The position numbers and the translations under genes were made by a program. Below are positions 1-13,249 of a DNA stretch of 64,000 nucleotides, one piece after another. The stretch is from Rhizophagus irregularis. Lineage: Eukaryota. Location of the stretch: positions 434,001 through 498,000 of the forward strand of contig NC_089432.1 in NCBI RefSeq assembly GCF_026210795.1, written 5' to 3'. The first letter of the stretch is position 1; the number at the start of each line of letters is the position of its first letter. The notes beneath the pieces were generated by a model that made no database searches, was not told the origin of the DNA, and was given only the letters and a program-made list of their open reading frames with translations.

Positions 1-77
1 TGTACGATTCAAATTTCAAAGTTGTACAAGACTTAAAGTTGTACGAAAATATTTTAGATTTTGGCTATCAAAATACA

Positions 78-757
78 GGTATTAAGTAAAGTAGTACTGT
101 ACGTAATACAAATTCAGACGGACTTTAATCCTTTTTGTTCGTACGTACGTTTCTAATAGATAGATTTTTTTATACTAGTACGTACGAATGCTTTAAAAAT
201 TTTCGTACGACTTTGAATTTTCGTACAATTTTGAATTTTCGTACATGTTTTGTTTTTTTAATAAAATACTTTATGTTAAAATATAAATATATCAATTATA
301 CTCTTTGAAATAAGCTTATATATTTCTATTTCTTTAATAATATTCAGCTCTATAATAATAAAATTGACTCATAAAGTCATAATAATTATATAAACCTGTT
401 CAAATTCAGAATTTATCAATTCAATTGGAAAGTCTTCAACATCAGAATATTTACAATTATTTTTCTTCTTCAAAGCAGTAAAGATTAAAAAGAAATATTT
501 ATGACAAATATAATAAACAAAACGTTAAAATCATTACATTACAAATATATAAAAATTATGTTACTCAAACATTATGTAATTGTAACATTTTCATTATCGA
601 AAGTTCTATCACATGATGCTACGATGTAAAATTATTAGTACGGAAAATAAAAATTTATTTTTAATAGTCCGTCTGAGTACGGAAAAATTAAAAAAAAAAT
701 TTCGAACGTCTGTCCAAATTTGTAGTACCGTACAGTACTATTTTAATATATATTCTC
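78..757. mobile_element. Non-autonomous MULE-like TIR element (MITE)
   Basis: Imperfect TIRs (AAAGTAGTACTGTACG..TACAAATT at ~88-113; reverse complement at ~718-745). Direct repeat (TC)AAAATACA at 68-77 and 756-765. An uninterrupted copy of both flanks is at ~14591-14765. Confidence 0.8.
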
Positions 758-860
758 AAAATACAAGGGCGTACATCTGAACTTGCATCAACGTACAGTT
801 GTACAGTTTATTTATTATCTCATTACCTTGATCTGCATCAGGGTAACAGCTGTGTTAGCT

Positions 861-3464
861 GTGTAAAGTAAAGTAGTACAGTATGTTAGTCTAAATTCGT
901 ACGTACGCGCTTAAAATCAATCAGTACATACGGTTACAAATGCTAAAAAATTTCGTACTAGTACAAATATTCTGAAACTTTTCGTACATTATTTTTTTTC
1001 ATACATTATTTTTTTCTGTACATTATTTTTAATATCATTTTTCATGGGTTATTTTTCATATTTACTTTACAATTATAAATTACAAAGAATATAAAAATTA
1101 TAAAACTGCTAAAAATTATAAGGCTAAAGCTGCTGTTTCATTTCTAAGCTTTACTACATTCTAATAATGCCTAAGAATATAATAATTATAAAGCTAAACC
1201 CATGTTTATTTTAGCTACCGATTTTGTAATTCAATAGCTTCTGCTTCCGCCACTTCTTTTCAAGCTTTGCTTGACGTGACGACGTGACGTTCTAATAATG
1301 TCAATTTTCTTTCTTTAAGTTCAAATTTAACATAACTTCATTTTCTTTATTAATTGAGCTTGTAGATGACCTTCCCAAATTTTCAACCCTAATTCCATTA
1401 TTTATATTTTCTAAATTAGTAGTATTAGATACTGTTTCTGCTAAAATGTTGTTTGTTATTTGGGAATTTGTATCATACCGTAATCTTTTTCATTAGAATT
1501 TATAGAAGTTGTTTTTTTTTTACATGAATTTTTGGTCTCATCTTTTTTGTTATATTTTGCAGCTAAATTAATAAATGTATCAGTATATTTAAACATACAT
1601 ATTAATTTTGTAATATTAATAATTAATATTTACCTTTACGATTTGATGCAATTTGCTGCCTTTTGACTTCGCTTTTATCACATCTGGTATATGGTATGCC
1701 TGAATTGTCTTGGGTACTTTTAATTTTTAATAACTTTTCATCATGCCTTTTACCACTAAAAAAAAAATTAACAATCATAAAAATAATATAAACAAATAAT
1801 TAATAACAATACATAGAAGTAAATAGCTGATAACAATTTTAACTGTTTTCCTTCTCTATTAATTAAAGCATGGGCTGCTTCCGCCGCATTAGTATTATTT
1901 CCATATTTTCTCCAAATTTGACGCTCCATTTTTGACATATTTATATTTAAAGATGAAATTATTCATGGATTCTTATAATATTTTGCCTAATCTAAATAAT
2001 AAAAAATGTTTTAATAATTATTTTTGATATTATTTCAAATTTAATAGTGATTTACCTCTTGCACCAGATTCATCCAAAGATTCAATTGCATTTAAAAAAG
2101 ATTCAATAGATTCTTGTGAAGGAGCATTAAGAATGGATTTTGCTAAATTATATGTTTCTTGTGAAAAATGTTTGTTGAATAGGTTTCTATATTATAAAAT
2201 AAATAAATATTTAAATTGTTTTTAATAAAATGTTATAAAAATAAATTACTAACCGCTGAAAATGAACAACACAAGATTTGAAAATATGCATTAAATGTGT
2301 CCCCCAATCTTTTGAAGAATCTAGTTCATATAAAGCAAGACCTAAACCTTTCGATTGTCCATCACCTAAGATGAATTCCCAACCTTTACCATGAATATGA
2401 TAAATATATAGAGACTTATGGTAAGTTCTTGAATAATGAGCTGAATAACTTTTTGTGATCATCAGCTGATGACACATTTGTATATATTCTACAAAAACTT
2501 AAAACTAAATAAAAAAAAAGATATTAATATAATATAAATTAATTCATTATAATTATAACAATAATATTTACCCAATTTGTATTTTTCATCATATGTATTA
2601 ATTTCAAATTCATTTATATCACCCTTTACACGCTTAAAAGACAGTTCAATTTGCAAATTTTTAGATTTATTAATAATTCTGCCTGTTCTTTCAGGATACA
2701 GACAATCAAAATAAGTCCAGTATTATTAATCCATTCTAAATTAACAAAATATTAATTAATTATTTCAATTTAAATAAAATTTATAATAAGATCATACTTG
2801 CCTATTCGACGGACATAATTTTTTATTTCTGGGTTATTACTTTTAGCAGCATGAATATTTTATTACGTTTTTTCATGCATGATTTGAATCTGTCCAATCT
2901 GCAATATGAAATATAGTGGCTACACCTTCTGGTAAAGTTGATGGATACTCTACAGGTACATGTTGTAAAACTAGCAATTTCAGTGACTTAATCATCTTTG
3001 TTATCTACTGATTCTTCGCGTGGTGGACCATTTTCAGATAATTCCTAATAATTCAAATCAAACTTAAAAAACACAAGCAATAATAATGAAAAAAAATTTT
3101 TTGATATAAACCCGTTCAAGTTCAGGATTTACTACTTCCAATTGAAATCCTTCAACATTGGACATATCAATATCCATATTTATTATTATAATTTTCGTTG
3201 AATGATTAAAGTATTTAAGAAAAGAGAAAGATTATCTGATATGATGATCATATAGAATATTATTAATATTATTATATATATATGTATTCAAATAATTATA
3301 AATCATTATGTAATTGTGTAATTGTTAGACGGACAATCATGTGTACAAAATTGTACGTAACTATGCTATCATGTGTATGTCTGAGTACGAAAAAATTGAA
3401 AGTTTTCTTTTAAAGCGTCTGACCGAGTTTGCGTTACCGTACCGTACTAGTTTACTATATACTC
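861..3464 (-). mobile_element. Decayed MULE-type DNA transposon with fragmented, intron-containing transposase
   Basis: Ends resemble the TIR of the 78-757 element (GTAAAGTAGTACAGTATG at left; GTACCGTACTAGTTTACTATATACTC at right). Minus-strand fragments include ILGD..KGLGLAL and a CxxH motif (CVVHFQR, ORF 2211-2477), plus NTNAAEAAHA (~1869-1898), resembling the MULE TNxxExxH catalytic-Glu motif. No clear TSD. Confidence 0.65.
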
Positions 3465-3663
3465 AGTGACATTTAGATCATTTGTGTTATTTCATATCAT
3501 GCCATACGTTGTAACGGAACACCGATTGACAAAAGATCTAACCTTATACTCCATGGGGTGTCATGGGATGCGGAATTAATAAAAAAAAGGAATGATTTTT
3601 TATGACAACTATGAAAATTGATAAATTTCATTTCATTGTTGAAACAAAAGAAACCTCCCTTAC

Positions 3664-4150
3664 ATGGCATGCTCAAAAATATTTTCAGGTGACTTACCTG
3701 AATCAGATGAAACTATATTCATGAGTTAATAGATTATGATGTCGTCTAACAAATTCCATGATTATGGGAAGATCCTTTTTCAATTTCTAACCAACATTAT
3801 CGTTGTATTGCTTTTTAAATGAAGATAGCAAAGCAAAATTTAATGAATATGGAATTAATAATAATTTATCACTTTCAAATACATTATTCAATTATCCCAG
3901 TTTTATTAAATACTTAGATACATATAAAGTTTGTTGTTCTACTAGAAAATGGGTCGTTACTTTAGTGGATAAATACAATGAGAAGCCAGAAAACTTAGCT
4001 TATAGGTATTTATTTGAAGTTTTCATTGAAAATAAAATTTACATTCTTTCAAAGTTGTACTACCTACGGGTATTGATAATATAGACTTGATTTTACAAAA
4101 TCCAAATTTTACATGCAAAAATTTAAAATTAGATAGTGGTAATGATTTTT
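3664..4150 (+). pseudogene. F-box-like/LRR family gene relic
   Basis: ATG at 3664 reads MACSKIFSGDLPE, followed by disrupted LWEDPFS and TLFNYPSFIKYL segments typical of an expanded Glomeromycotina F-box-like family. Contains stops and deletions. Confidence 0.65.
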
Positions 4151-5508
4151 CATTTGGAACTAGTGGCGGGAACCGTTAGAGGGTTGTAAGACTTGAGCCT
4201 ATGTCCTTTATTTATAATAACAAAATATTAATATATACCGAGTTACACCTGCAATATAATATAATAAACTGACTCTAATAAACTATAAAGGGTAATTTCT
4301 TAAATCCTAAACTAAAAATGTAATTCTCAAATTCTAAACTAATTAAATTCTAGATTAAAAATGCGATAGTTTCCCCTCATTATATCTAATCTATAAATCA
4401 TTAATTAAAATAATTAATGAGGCACTTTTTCATCATAAAAAAAAGGCAAAAAGAATCGAATAAGAAAATTATGTATGTATGGAATTACGTGGGGTCATGT
4501 TCAAAACTAATAATTTTCTAAGAAGAATTCGCTTCATATTTATAATATTTTCCCTATGCCTTTATAACCAACTTAAAATAACACATAAATTAAAATACAC
4601 AACACATTTACACAAGAATAGTTTAACGTCAATTACGGGTGTTACCCTTTATGGAACCCAATTGTTGATAGTTGAACGTTTCCGGACCGCAGTTAATAAA
4701 AATACTTTAAATTTTATATACTTAAACTAAATATAATACTGCGCCTTATATTTTCGTAAAACGGGTACAACCGGTTTGACCTGATTCAACCCGATTCAAC
4801 CCAATTCAACCCGATTTTTACAAAGCAACTCATAATTTCAGCCAAATTCATAATTCTGGGTTTTTTTATACGTAATTTAACAAATTCCGAATTAGGAATT
4901 TTCATGTCGATCACAATGATTACGTGATAATGGTTCAAAAAAAAATATGAATCCGGTTCAAACCAAATCATTGTTGGAAACCGAATTACAGCCGGTTTGT
5001 GCAACAGGTTCATACTCCAGTTCCTTCGCCGGAATGGTTTTGGCGAAATGACCTTCGGTAAAATGTCTATTCGGGAAAATGGCATTTCGGTGAAACATCC
5101 CATCGGCGAAATTTGCTTCAGCAAAATAGGCTTCTGTGAATTGGACTTCAGCGAAAAGTTTGGATACTCCTAACAGCCTAACCTTAATTCGTTTCATATT
5201 TATGATTATGTGTACAAAACGTCTAAAAAAGCACCATTTTGTACATTTCGTTTTTACTGTTATCACTTTTTTAAACCGTTTTTGGTAAGATTTCTGGTCA
5301 TTAACCGGAACATATTTTATTAATGTTTTAAATTTGGAAACACTTTTAAAGGTTAATATTAATAGACATGGTTATATTCTAGATAAGGAAAAAATTCGCT
5401 AAACACAATATTTGTTTTCGGAATGTACAAAAATAAATTGGTTTTAATAAATGCGTTCGTGATAATATGATGACTCTGGATTATTTTTTTGGAAAGGGAC
5501 GGAGTCAT

Positions 5509-5640
5509 AGCTCTTGGCAGAAAATCATCAAAAAAAGTGAATCAAGCCAATTCAAAGCTCTTGGCAGAAAATCATTGAAAAAGCGAATCAATACAAGTCG
5601 TAGCTCTTGGCAGAAATTCTAGATTTTAAATTATATATAA
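5509..5640 (+). promoter_or_regulatory. Putative promoter: three 46-47-bp tandem units with AGCTCTTGGCAGAAA, followed by a TATA-like TTATATATAA
   Basis: Units start at 5509, 5556 and 5602. The TATA-like box is at 5631-5640, ~160 bp upstream of ATG 5798. Confidence 0.5.
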
Positions 5641-5797
5641 CCACTGCCACCAAAATTTTTGTTTTACAGAATCGACTTACGCTTAGAAAAGAAAGCAGAA
5701 ATTAAAACTTTAAACTCCCAAATTATCAACTACCCAAACTACCCGAACTACTACTCCCCCAGGTCTATTGAACAACCGAAAAGAGTCATTAACAAAT

Positions 5798-6215
5798 ATG
5801 AAACTTCAAAGCTTTTACCTTCTTACTGTCCTTTTCATGTGTTTCTATATAATGGACATTAAAGGTAAAGTCCTTACATTCAATATGTTCTCCATTCTCT
5901 TTTCTAATGATTCAACTTTTTGGTTTAATTAGTGCCAATACGGATTTGGGTTTGACTCTCAGCAGTTGTAGAATTTGGATAGAGGATTCAAATGGTTATC
6001 GCATAGCCGGTGACGCAGACTACCGTGATTGTAGTTACACTTCCACTGGCGATGACCATGAAGTTATTAGTTTTTCAGACCAAACGTACACGGTTCATGC
6101 TAAAGTTGAAGGTAGTTTCAGGAAACAGAAAGTACGAGGACCTTTTAATGAAAATACCTGTTTTAAAATATATGGCAGTGTTGATGATTGGGAATTTGAT
6201 CAAACATCTTGTTAG
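5798..6215 (+). pseudogene. Small secreted Cys-containing protein, copy 1 (splice acceptor deleted; pseudogene or re-started variant)
   Basis: Exon 1 (5798-5864) encodes the signal-peptide-like MKLQSFYLLTVLFMCFYIMDIK, with GT donor at 5865. Exon-2 frame is open to TAG at 6213-6215. A 10-bp deletion relative to copies 2 and 3 removes the TATAG acceptor. Confidence 0.7.
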
Positions 6216-7574
6216 TATGTTGAAGATGTGAACCAATTAAATCTGTTTCTCTAGTTGCATAATTAATTATTTTCTAGAAATATGACATCATTAGTTAATA
6301 CAAAAATTTTTAATTTTTCAGAAAATTATTTACCAAAAAATTTTACCGAAATTTCTCTGTGGCAAATTTAATGTAATGTAATTCAAAATTATAATCAAAT
6401 TACTCATGTTTTTCGCAAATAATAATAAAAATTATGAAAGTTATTTATAATAACTATATTTATCAATTGGGTAATACTTTTTATAATAAAATTATTATTT
6501 TAAAACTATTAAACATTTTTCATAATATATTTGAACTAACCCGTTACTGGTTTTTACTCATTTCAATTATGTTATTGAATAATATATTTACGATTCCATG
6601 ATCCACATTCTTATAAATTTCTAAACTAGTAATGATTCCCTTATAGGTGATTGGAGATACTCTTCCGCCGACAAAACCTAATTTTTTAAGGCCCCGTAAA
6701 AAAAGTCGATCCATTTTTAATATTCCATCTTTTTTTCCATAAAAGACTCATATTTCCGGATCAGTTTCCGTAAATAAATCCACGAAAGGCCCATTTTTAC
6801 GGAGTTTTTACAGAAATAACGGATAAAATATTTTATAGGGAGAACGTCGTTAACAGAGGAGGCAAGAAAGTAATTACAAGATAAACATCAGACGCAGTAT
6901 AAGAACCTAGTTGAGGATAGACAACAGGTTCCGAAAAATGATAACATACCTTCTATTGCCGGGTTGTTGATATGGTCAAGAAGGACTTGCTGAATGATGA
7001 ATGAAGAAGAACCGATCACTGTGCCAACGACAATGCGCTGGTTGATGATGCGGTAGGAGTTATAGAAATAAAGTAGAAGAAACAAAGAACCAATGAACCC
7101 TTTTAAGAAATGGCTAAAAAAAATTTCAAAAAACAAGTAGCGACGTTTCAAGGTCACGTGTTAATAATACCGAACGAATAAATATGAAGGAAGAGGATTT
7201 AGATAATGAATCAGGAAAAAAAACTCTTTCCTCAATTTTTTTCCATCCGTTAGAATGGCGCAGTAGAAAATTTTCACATTAATAGATTTTTAGTATTCTT
7301 TAATACATTATAGTAAGAACACCCAAACAAAAACAACTCGTAAATATTCCATTCCATACCTTACAGTATATACGTATAGTGAAAACTTCGGTTTTTATTT
7401 GGTAGAAGTTTAATAGTGCACCTTGTTAGATATTGAACGAACACCCATCTCAAATATTTTAGCTATCCCCTTTGGTTAGAGTTATAGTTTTTTTTTCTTT
7501 TCTAACTGCCCATATACCCTACTTTTATATATATATAAAAATTTTTTTTAGACATTTTTTCTCTTTTTTATAAA

Positions 7575-9817
7575 ATGTTTTCTTCAAAAACCACTTTCGA
7601 TATTTCGATAAAAAAATTTCACGTGACAAAACCGAACCGATCAGGGTTATAACAGGATATACGAAATCAAGAAGTTAACTTTTTTGATCAACACGTTAAC
7701 ACCAATCATCTTCACTTAAAAATACGATTACCACATGAAAACCAACCTAATACGATATTCATCCACGAGCATGAAATTGAAATGCATGCCAAATTTGAAA
7801 TATCCAAGTTACTCACGTACTTTTTTCTAGCACAAAGAGGTAAAAAAATTTTTTTATTTCATTAGGGACAAATTATTGGCCCGTATGGAAATGATAAGAT
7901 CACGTGCCTTGAGTAAGGACAAAAGAAATTCAATCACAAAAACTTTCTTTCATTTTAGTTACAAACGTTATAGATTTTATTTTGGTATATATATACCTTG
8001 TTCACAATTTTGTTCTTCTGATCAATTTATACCTCGTGTGCATTATTGTGATATACCCTTCCCTTTCATTATGTCGAATAATAGAAGAACGTGCGTTTCT
8101 CATCAACCCTATTTCTTTAAAAACAAAATTTATAATTTTGTTAAAAATCCTGATCGTATTAATATATTAGCTGAACACAATTCTCAGAATAACAAGATAG
8201 ACCATGCTAACTCTATATTTAGACAATGGAAAACGCATACTAGCAAACGAGTAGTTTCACGCTGATTGGATATTGAATATCAGGTCAGATATCACGCCAA
8301 CGTAAATCATCAATCTTTAAAGGAGGCAAAAGATATATGCACAAAAAACGATTCTCAAATTTGAAGTTCACCCCGAGCGAGAGATCTCGTAACAACAAAA
8401 GCGCTTTTCTAGAGCTTGTAAGAGAATATTTTGACCTGGAAAATTTAGCGCTACAATTACTGTGGACGATAAGTTAATTGCCGTTAGAAGACATTGCTTT
8501 CTTTTTGTCAAATCACTATATATAGACAAACCGTTGAACATTTACAATACCGCGACAAGGATCGTATTCCTGATCTGAACGATTATAAATTTTTGGTTCC
8601 GTTATTCTCTTTTAAAACACGGACCTTAACAAAACTCGAAAACTCTATTAAAGAAAAATCGGTCATCACTGCACATGCTGCATCATCATCTTCACATACT
8701 ACTCCACTTGTTGACACAGATTCTGATGAACTTCGTCTTAAATATGTCAAGAAGCAATAGATAATTATAATCCACTATCACCACCAAGCGTTTATGCTCG
8801 CCCAGAATTTATTATATATATACCAAAACGTCTGCTATTTATAGGTTCAAAATGACACCAAAATCGCTTATAAATATCACAAACCTGGATCAAAAGCGTG
8901 GCTAGGATACCTCAAATCAGAATTTTACAACGATAACCCTTGAAATTTGTAAAGCTGAAAAGGCTCGCGAAAGGGAGCAAAAATTCATGGAACACCTGAA
9001 TAAAGAAAGGAGTAAAGATAAACAATTGACTGATTATCACGACACAAGTGTAAAGAACGCCAGCTCGAGGAAGATCACTTAACGAGTTATACCATGAGTT
9101 TTAATAAATGTACGAAGGAATTTACTAATCCCCAGAAACGTAGAAATGCAGGTAAAACTGCAGCACAAGCGCGTCGCGAAATTTTAGAATTCACGTTAGA
9201 TTACCAACAAACCATCCGAAAAAATTTTAGATATACGGATGATAATGAACTAATGAACCTACTTTCAAACACAACCGTCAAAAAGACTTCATCCCTCCTT
9301 GAGTAACGTAAATGACTCCTCATCGGCGGGACCTTCGAATACATCACCACCTAAATAGTCATTTTTTTAAAAGTCATTGTATTATTTTTACCCAGTAGTT
9401 AATTTACTACATCATCGAACCCAAATTTTTTTTTACAATGATTACAAAACAATTTTGAATTCCACCTGTTACAGTATTTACAGGTGGCAGCCCGTTAATT
9501 GGCTGAAAGAAGAATACGGATCATTTTATTTTAGATTTGATTGACACCTTGTAAAAATTTTACAACTACAATAGCAGCTACTTTTTTTATTTTTTTTAGG
9601 TCCCCAGAGTTTTTTTTATTATTGTTGCTATTCCTTATTGGTCGTGGTAGAGAGTAGGAGGTTCTTCTTTTACAAATGAGGGTCTGGTTTTTACTAGATT
9701 ATAGCCGTACTGATGTAACACTATACTCTGATTATTCATTGTAAAATAGTAATACTTAGAAACTTAGAAAGCTGCCTGCTTGACATAAATAAATAGATAA
9801 ATAGATAAATAGATAAT
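7575..9817 (+). mobile_element. Degenerate repeat, possibly a non-LTR retrotransposon ORF1-like relic
   Basis: Chain of broken basic ORF pieces on + (7876-8265, 8494-8760, 9094-9306) ending in an (ATAAATAG)n tail at ~9785-9817. No reverse transcriptase motif seen; boundaries approximate. Confidence 0.3.
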
Positions 9818-10030
9818 GGATCAGTGATGCGAAAAAACCTCTTTCCCACAAACTCTGGAACAATTTTTTCACCGAACATTGACGTTTATTTCATATAAAT
9901 ATAACATTTCCAGTCACATACAAAGGGTTTTCAACATCAAACAAACACTTTTATTAATAAAACACTACTTTTACGACGGGGTTTCATATTTTTCTTTCTA
10001 TTGTGCTTCGTACTAAAAGTTAGGAACAAA

Positions 10031-10807
10031 TAGTGCTCCTACCGGGTCAAGTCGGGTCGGGTTTTGAGGAAATATTCGACCCGATCTGAATAAAAAAATA
10101 TAAGACTCGTATTTATTCGGGTCTCATATTTTTGTAACCCGACCCTTGACTCGACCGAGTATAATTTAACTCGTGTAACCCGGGTTAGACCCGAACATTT
10201 AAGTAAAATGGGTACTAACTTATATTATGTGAGATTTTCTTCTAATAATAACAAAATTAATTTCCTTTTATTTGAAAAAAAGGCAACTTAGTGATTAACC
10301 ACTAGTAGCCACCTGAAATTTGTATCATGAATGGTTATACAAAACATGTAACACTAGCTCTTATTTTTCTCCTAGACTAAATTATCTAAAATAAAATTAA
10401 AAATACGAATTTTGAACCTGGTTTAATATAATAAAAGTCAAAGAGTTAGGCAAAATAATTAGCAGATATTCAAATCAAAGATAAATTGGAATTCTAAAGC
10501 TATCAGAAAAATATTATTCTCAAAAGCCAAATGTTAATTTTTTTATTTATCTGATTAAGCTATGTTAATATTTGTTAAAACTAATTCTTGGCTTAATTTT
10601 GGCCAAAATTATAATTTTGCCAGAATTAAAAACATCCGGGTCGATCCGGGTCAAACCCGGGTCAAGGAAATTTATAACCCGACCCGGCGGGTCGGGTCAT
10701 GCGGGTCATGCGGGTCACGGGTCATTAAAAATCGTTAGTACCGACCCGATTTAAAAGTCGAGTCGGGTCAAATTAACCCGGGTCGACTCGTATCATTCGG
10801 AGCACTA
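10031..10807. mobile_element. Non-autonomous hAT element
   Basis: TIR TAGTGCTCC/GGAGCACTA, perfect 8-bp TSD GGAACAAA (10023-10030, 10808-10815), and many subterminal GACCCG/CGGGTC motifs. Confidence 0.9.
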
Positions 10808-11770
10808 GGAACAAATCTTGACGACCTGGTGCTCTGCACCTCAAACAACGGTCCTTTTTATAATGTTTAAAATCTGGTGCAAATCTGTCTATTCGAACAA
10901 AATTGCACCTGGCTCCCGGCCAATTGTGGCGATCTGAGCATATTTGTCTATTAAGCCACTTCTCATTCAGCCACTTTCCATCGCTAAGCTTCCGTTGTTT
11001 ATCTAATCACTACATAACCAAAAATAACTAAAATAACTCTATATAATATAACTAAAAATAAATAAGTAAAAATAAAAGATAAAAATAGATGAAAAAAAAT
11101 GAAAAAATATCCCGTGACAGTTGGATGAACCGCCAAATTGCGTTGATAGATAATGAGTCAGATATAGACACACATATTCAGAACCAAATACCACTAAGAA
11201 CATTAATTTTTTCTCTTATTTAAGCCATTTTAAACTACAGAAACGTTCTCAAAAGCAGTTCATCTGCTTCCAGTGCTATTAGATAAGGTCCCTCCAAGCG
11301 TCACGACATGAAGAAGGATCTATGGAATTTTAGTTGTTATTTCATTTTTTTCATTTTTTTTCTATTTATTATAGTCATCATACTCCTTAACATGTAGTCC
11401 TCGTCTACAGGGCTATCCATAGAGTGAATGCTTAAATTTTGTGATATCGTCAAAAAAAGGATTTGCAAATAAAATCTTTTTTAAAAAGATATACATATGA
11501 TTTTTTATTGTATGCATAATATAAATTACATATTATTAAAAATAAAAATTAGTAGTTAATTAATATAAAATTTTCACGATGAACGGTTTATTCAAATGAA
11601 CGATTAGTCGATTAGTTATTAGTAAATTATGACGTAAATAATTTTTATTTTGGAAGGGATTTACATATATTTCTAATTTAACCATACATGAAAACATGAA
11701 ACAATTACAGTGTTACACTAAAACTTTATTATATAATTTCACAAAATATTTTTAAAACATTTTTTAAAAA

Positions 11771-13249
11771 ATGATGACGCAATTTTTTTCGAAATTAAGT
11801 CAAAATTATGTTGAATTATTGAATGATAATGAATATTATGATGTTACGATCGAAGTTGATAATGTAAAAATCCCCTCACATAAGAATATATTGTGTTGCC
11901 GCTCACCATACTTACGACGAGTTTTTTCTTCTAATAAAAACCAGAGTAATATTAAATTACCAAATATATCATTCGAAATCTTTAAAATTGTTTTAAGGTA
12001 AGATACTACAGTACAGTAAAATTTAAAATATTATATAATTCGTATAATGGTATAATATAAAATTTTGTAATATAGGTATATTTATGGTGGTATTCTTCTA
12101 TTAAATGAGCGAGATACTTTAGATATTTTTAAAATTTTATTGGCAGCAGATGAACTACTTCTTCATGAAATAGTAGATTATTTACAGAAATATTTAATTG
12201 AAAATAAAACTGAATGGTTAGAACAAAATTTTGGACTTATTTATCAAACAAGATTTCAAACCGATTCTTTAGTAGAGATTCAAAAATTTTGTACAAATTT
12301 TATGATAAAATCTCCAGAGAAAATATTCAAATCACTTGATTTTACTTCACTCCCAGAAAATTTTTTAGTTCAACTTGTTAAAAGAGATGATATACAAATG
12401 AAAGAAATTGAAATTTGGGAACATTTATTAGAATGGGGTTTAGCGCAAAATCTAACTCTCAAACCAGATCCTAATACCTGGTTAGATGATGATTTTAAAT
12501 CAATGGAAAATACTCTACAACTTTGTTTACCTTCAATTAGATTTTTTAGTTTATCATCCAAAGAATTTTTGAACAAAGTTAAACCATACAAAAAGCTCTT
12601 AAAGTATCAGTTTTATGAAGATTTAATAAATTCTTATATGAACCCTGATAGTAAACCTAATGAAAGTATTTTACCTCCTAGAAATATTAAATTTAATGGA
12701 ATTATTGATTCAAAAATTATTAATTTAAATATTGTTTCAGTTCTTTCAAGGTGGATTGATAAAACTGATGTCAATTATAACTTTTCTCATTTAAGAGAAT
12801 TATATTTTCCATACAAATTTGAATTATTATTAAGAGGAAGTCGAGATGGATTTACTCCTAAAAAATTTCATGAATTATGTGATGATAAACCAAACACTAT
12901 TACTATAATTAAAATAAAAGGAACAGAAGAAATTCTCGGTGGATATAACCCTTTAAAATGGGAATCTCATGGTGGTTGGATTAAAACTATGGATAGTTTT
13001 ATTTTTTCTTTTGACAGTAAGAATATTAAGAACGCAATTATTAGTAATATACAAAAGACGCATGAAGCACTTTTTTGTGGTTGTAAAAATGGTCCAGATC
13101 TTGCCGATATAATTATAACTTCTTCTGATGAATTTATGGATTACGATAGAAAGTACTATGAAATGCGTCATTATGAAAAAAGAATAAGGGATATGAACGG
13201 TGACTTTCCTATGGAAGATTATGAGGTATTTCAAATCATAAGGATATAG
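11771..13249 (+). CDS. BTB/POZ-BACK-TLDc domain protein (exons 11771-11997, 12076-13249; ~466 aa)
   Basis: BTB motifs YYDVTIEV..HKNILCCRSPY..LR|YIYGG join across GT-AG intron 11998-12075. BACK-like EIEIWEHLLEWG. TLDc motifs LLLRGSRDGF..FHELCD..ILGGYNP..DSFIFSF..EDYEVFQI. Confidence 0.92.

Larger units (their letters stand above)
4210..6855 (+). repeat. Segmental duplication, copy 1 (inverted relative to ~44475-47100 and 63087-64000), carrying the small secreted protein gene
   Basis: Collinear reverse-complement identity, e.g. 4361-4455 vs ~46905-47000, 5200-5480 vs ~45800-46160 and 6540-6850 vs ~44480-44820. Confidence 0.9.

Noticed and set aside
4786..5266. ORFs here and at 45954-46421
   Set aside because: They run through MITE-like subterminal repeats, and frames are not conserved between the duplicated copies.
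6010..6231. Alternative-frame ORF overlapping the secreted protein in all three copies
   Set aside because: Non-ATG start and no signal. Most simply a by-product of recent duplication, though not formally excluded.
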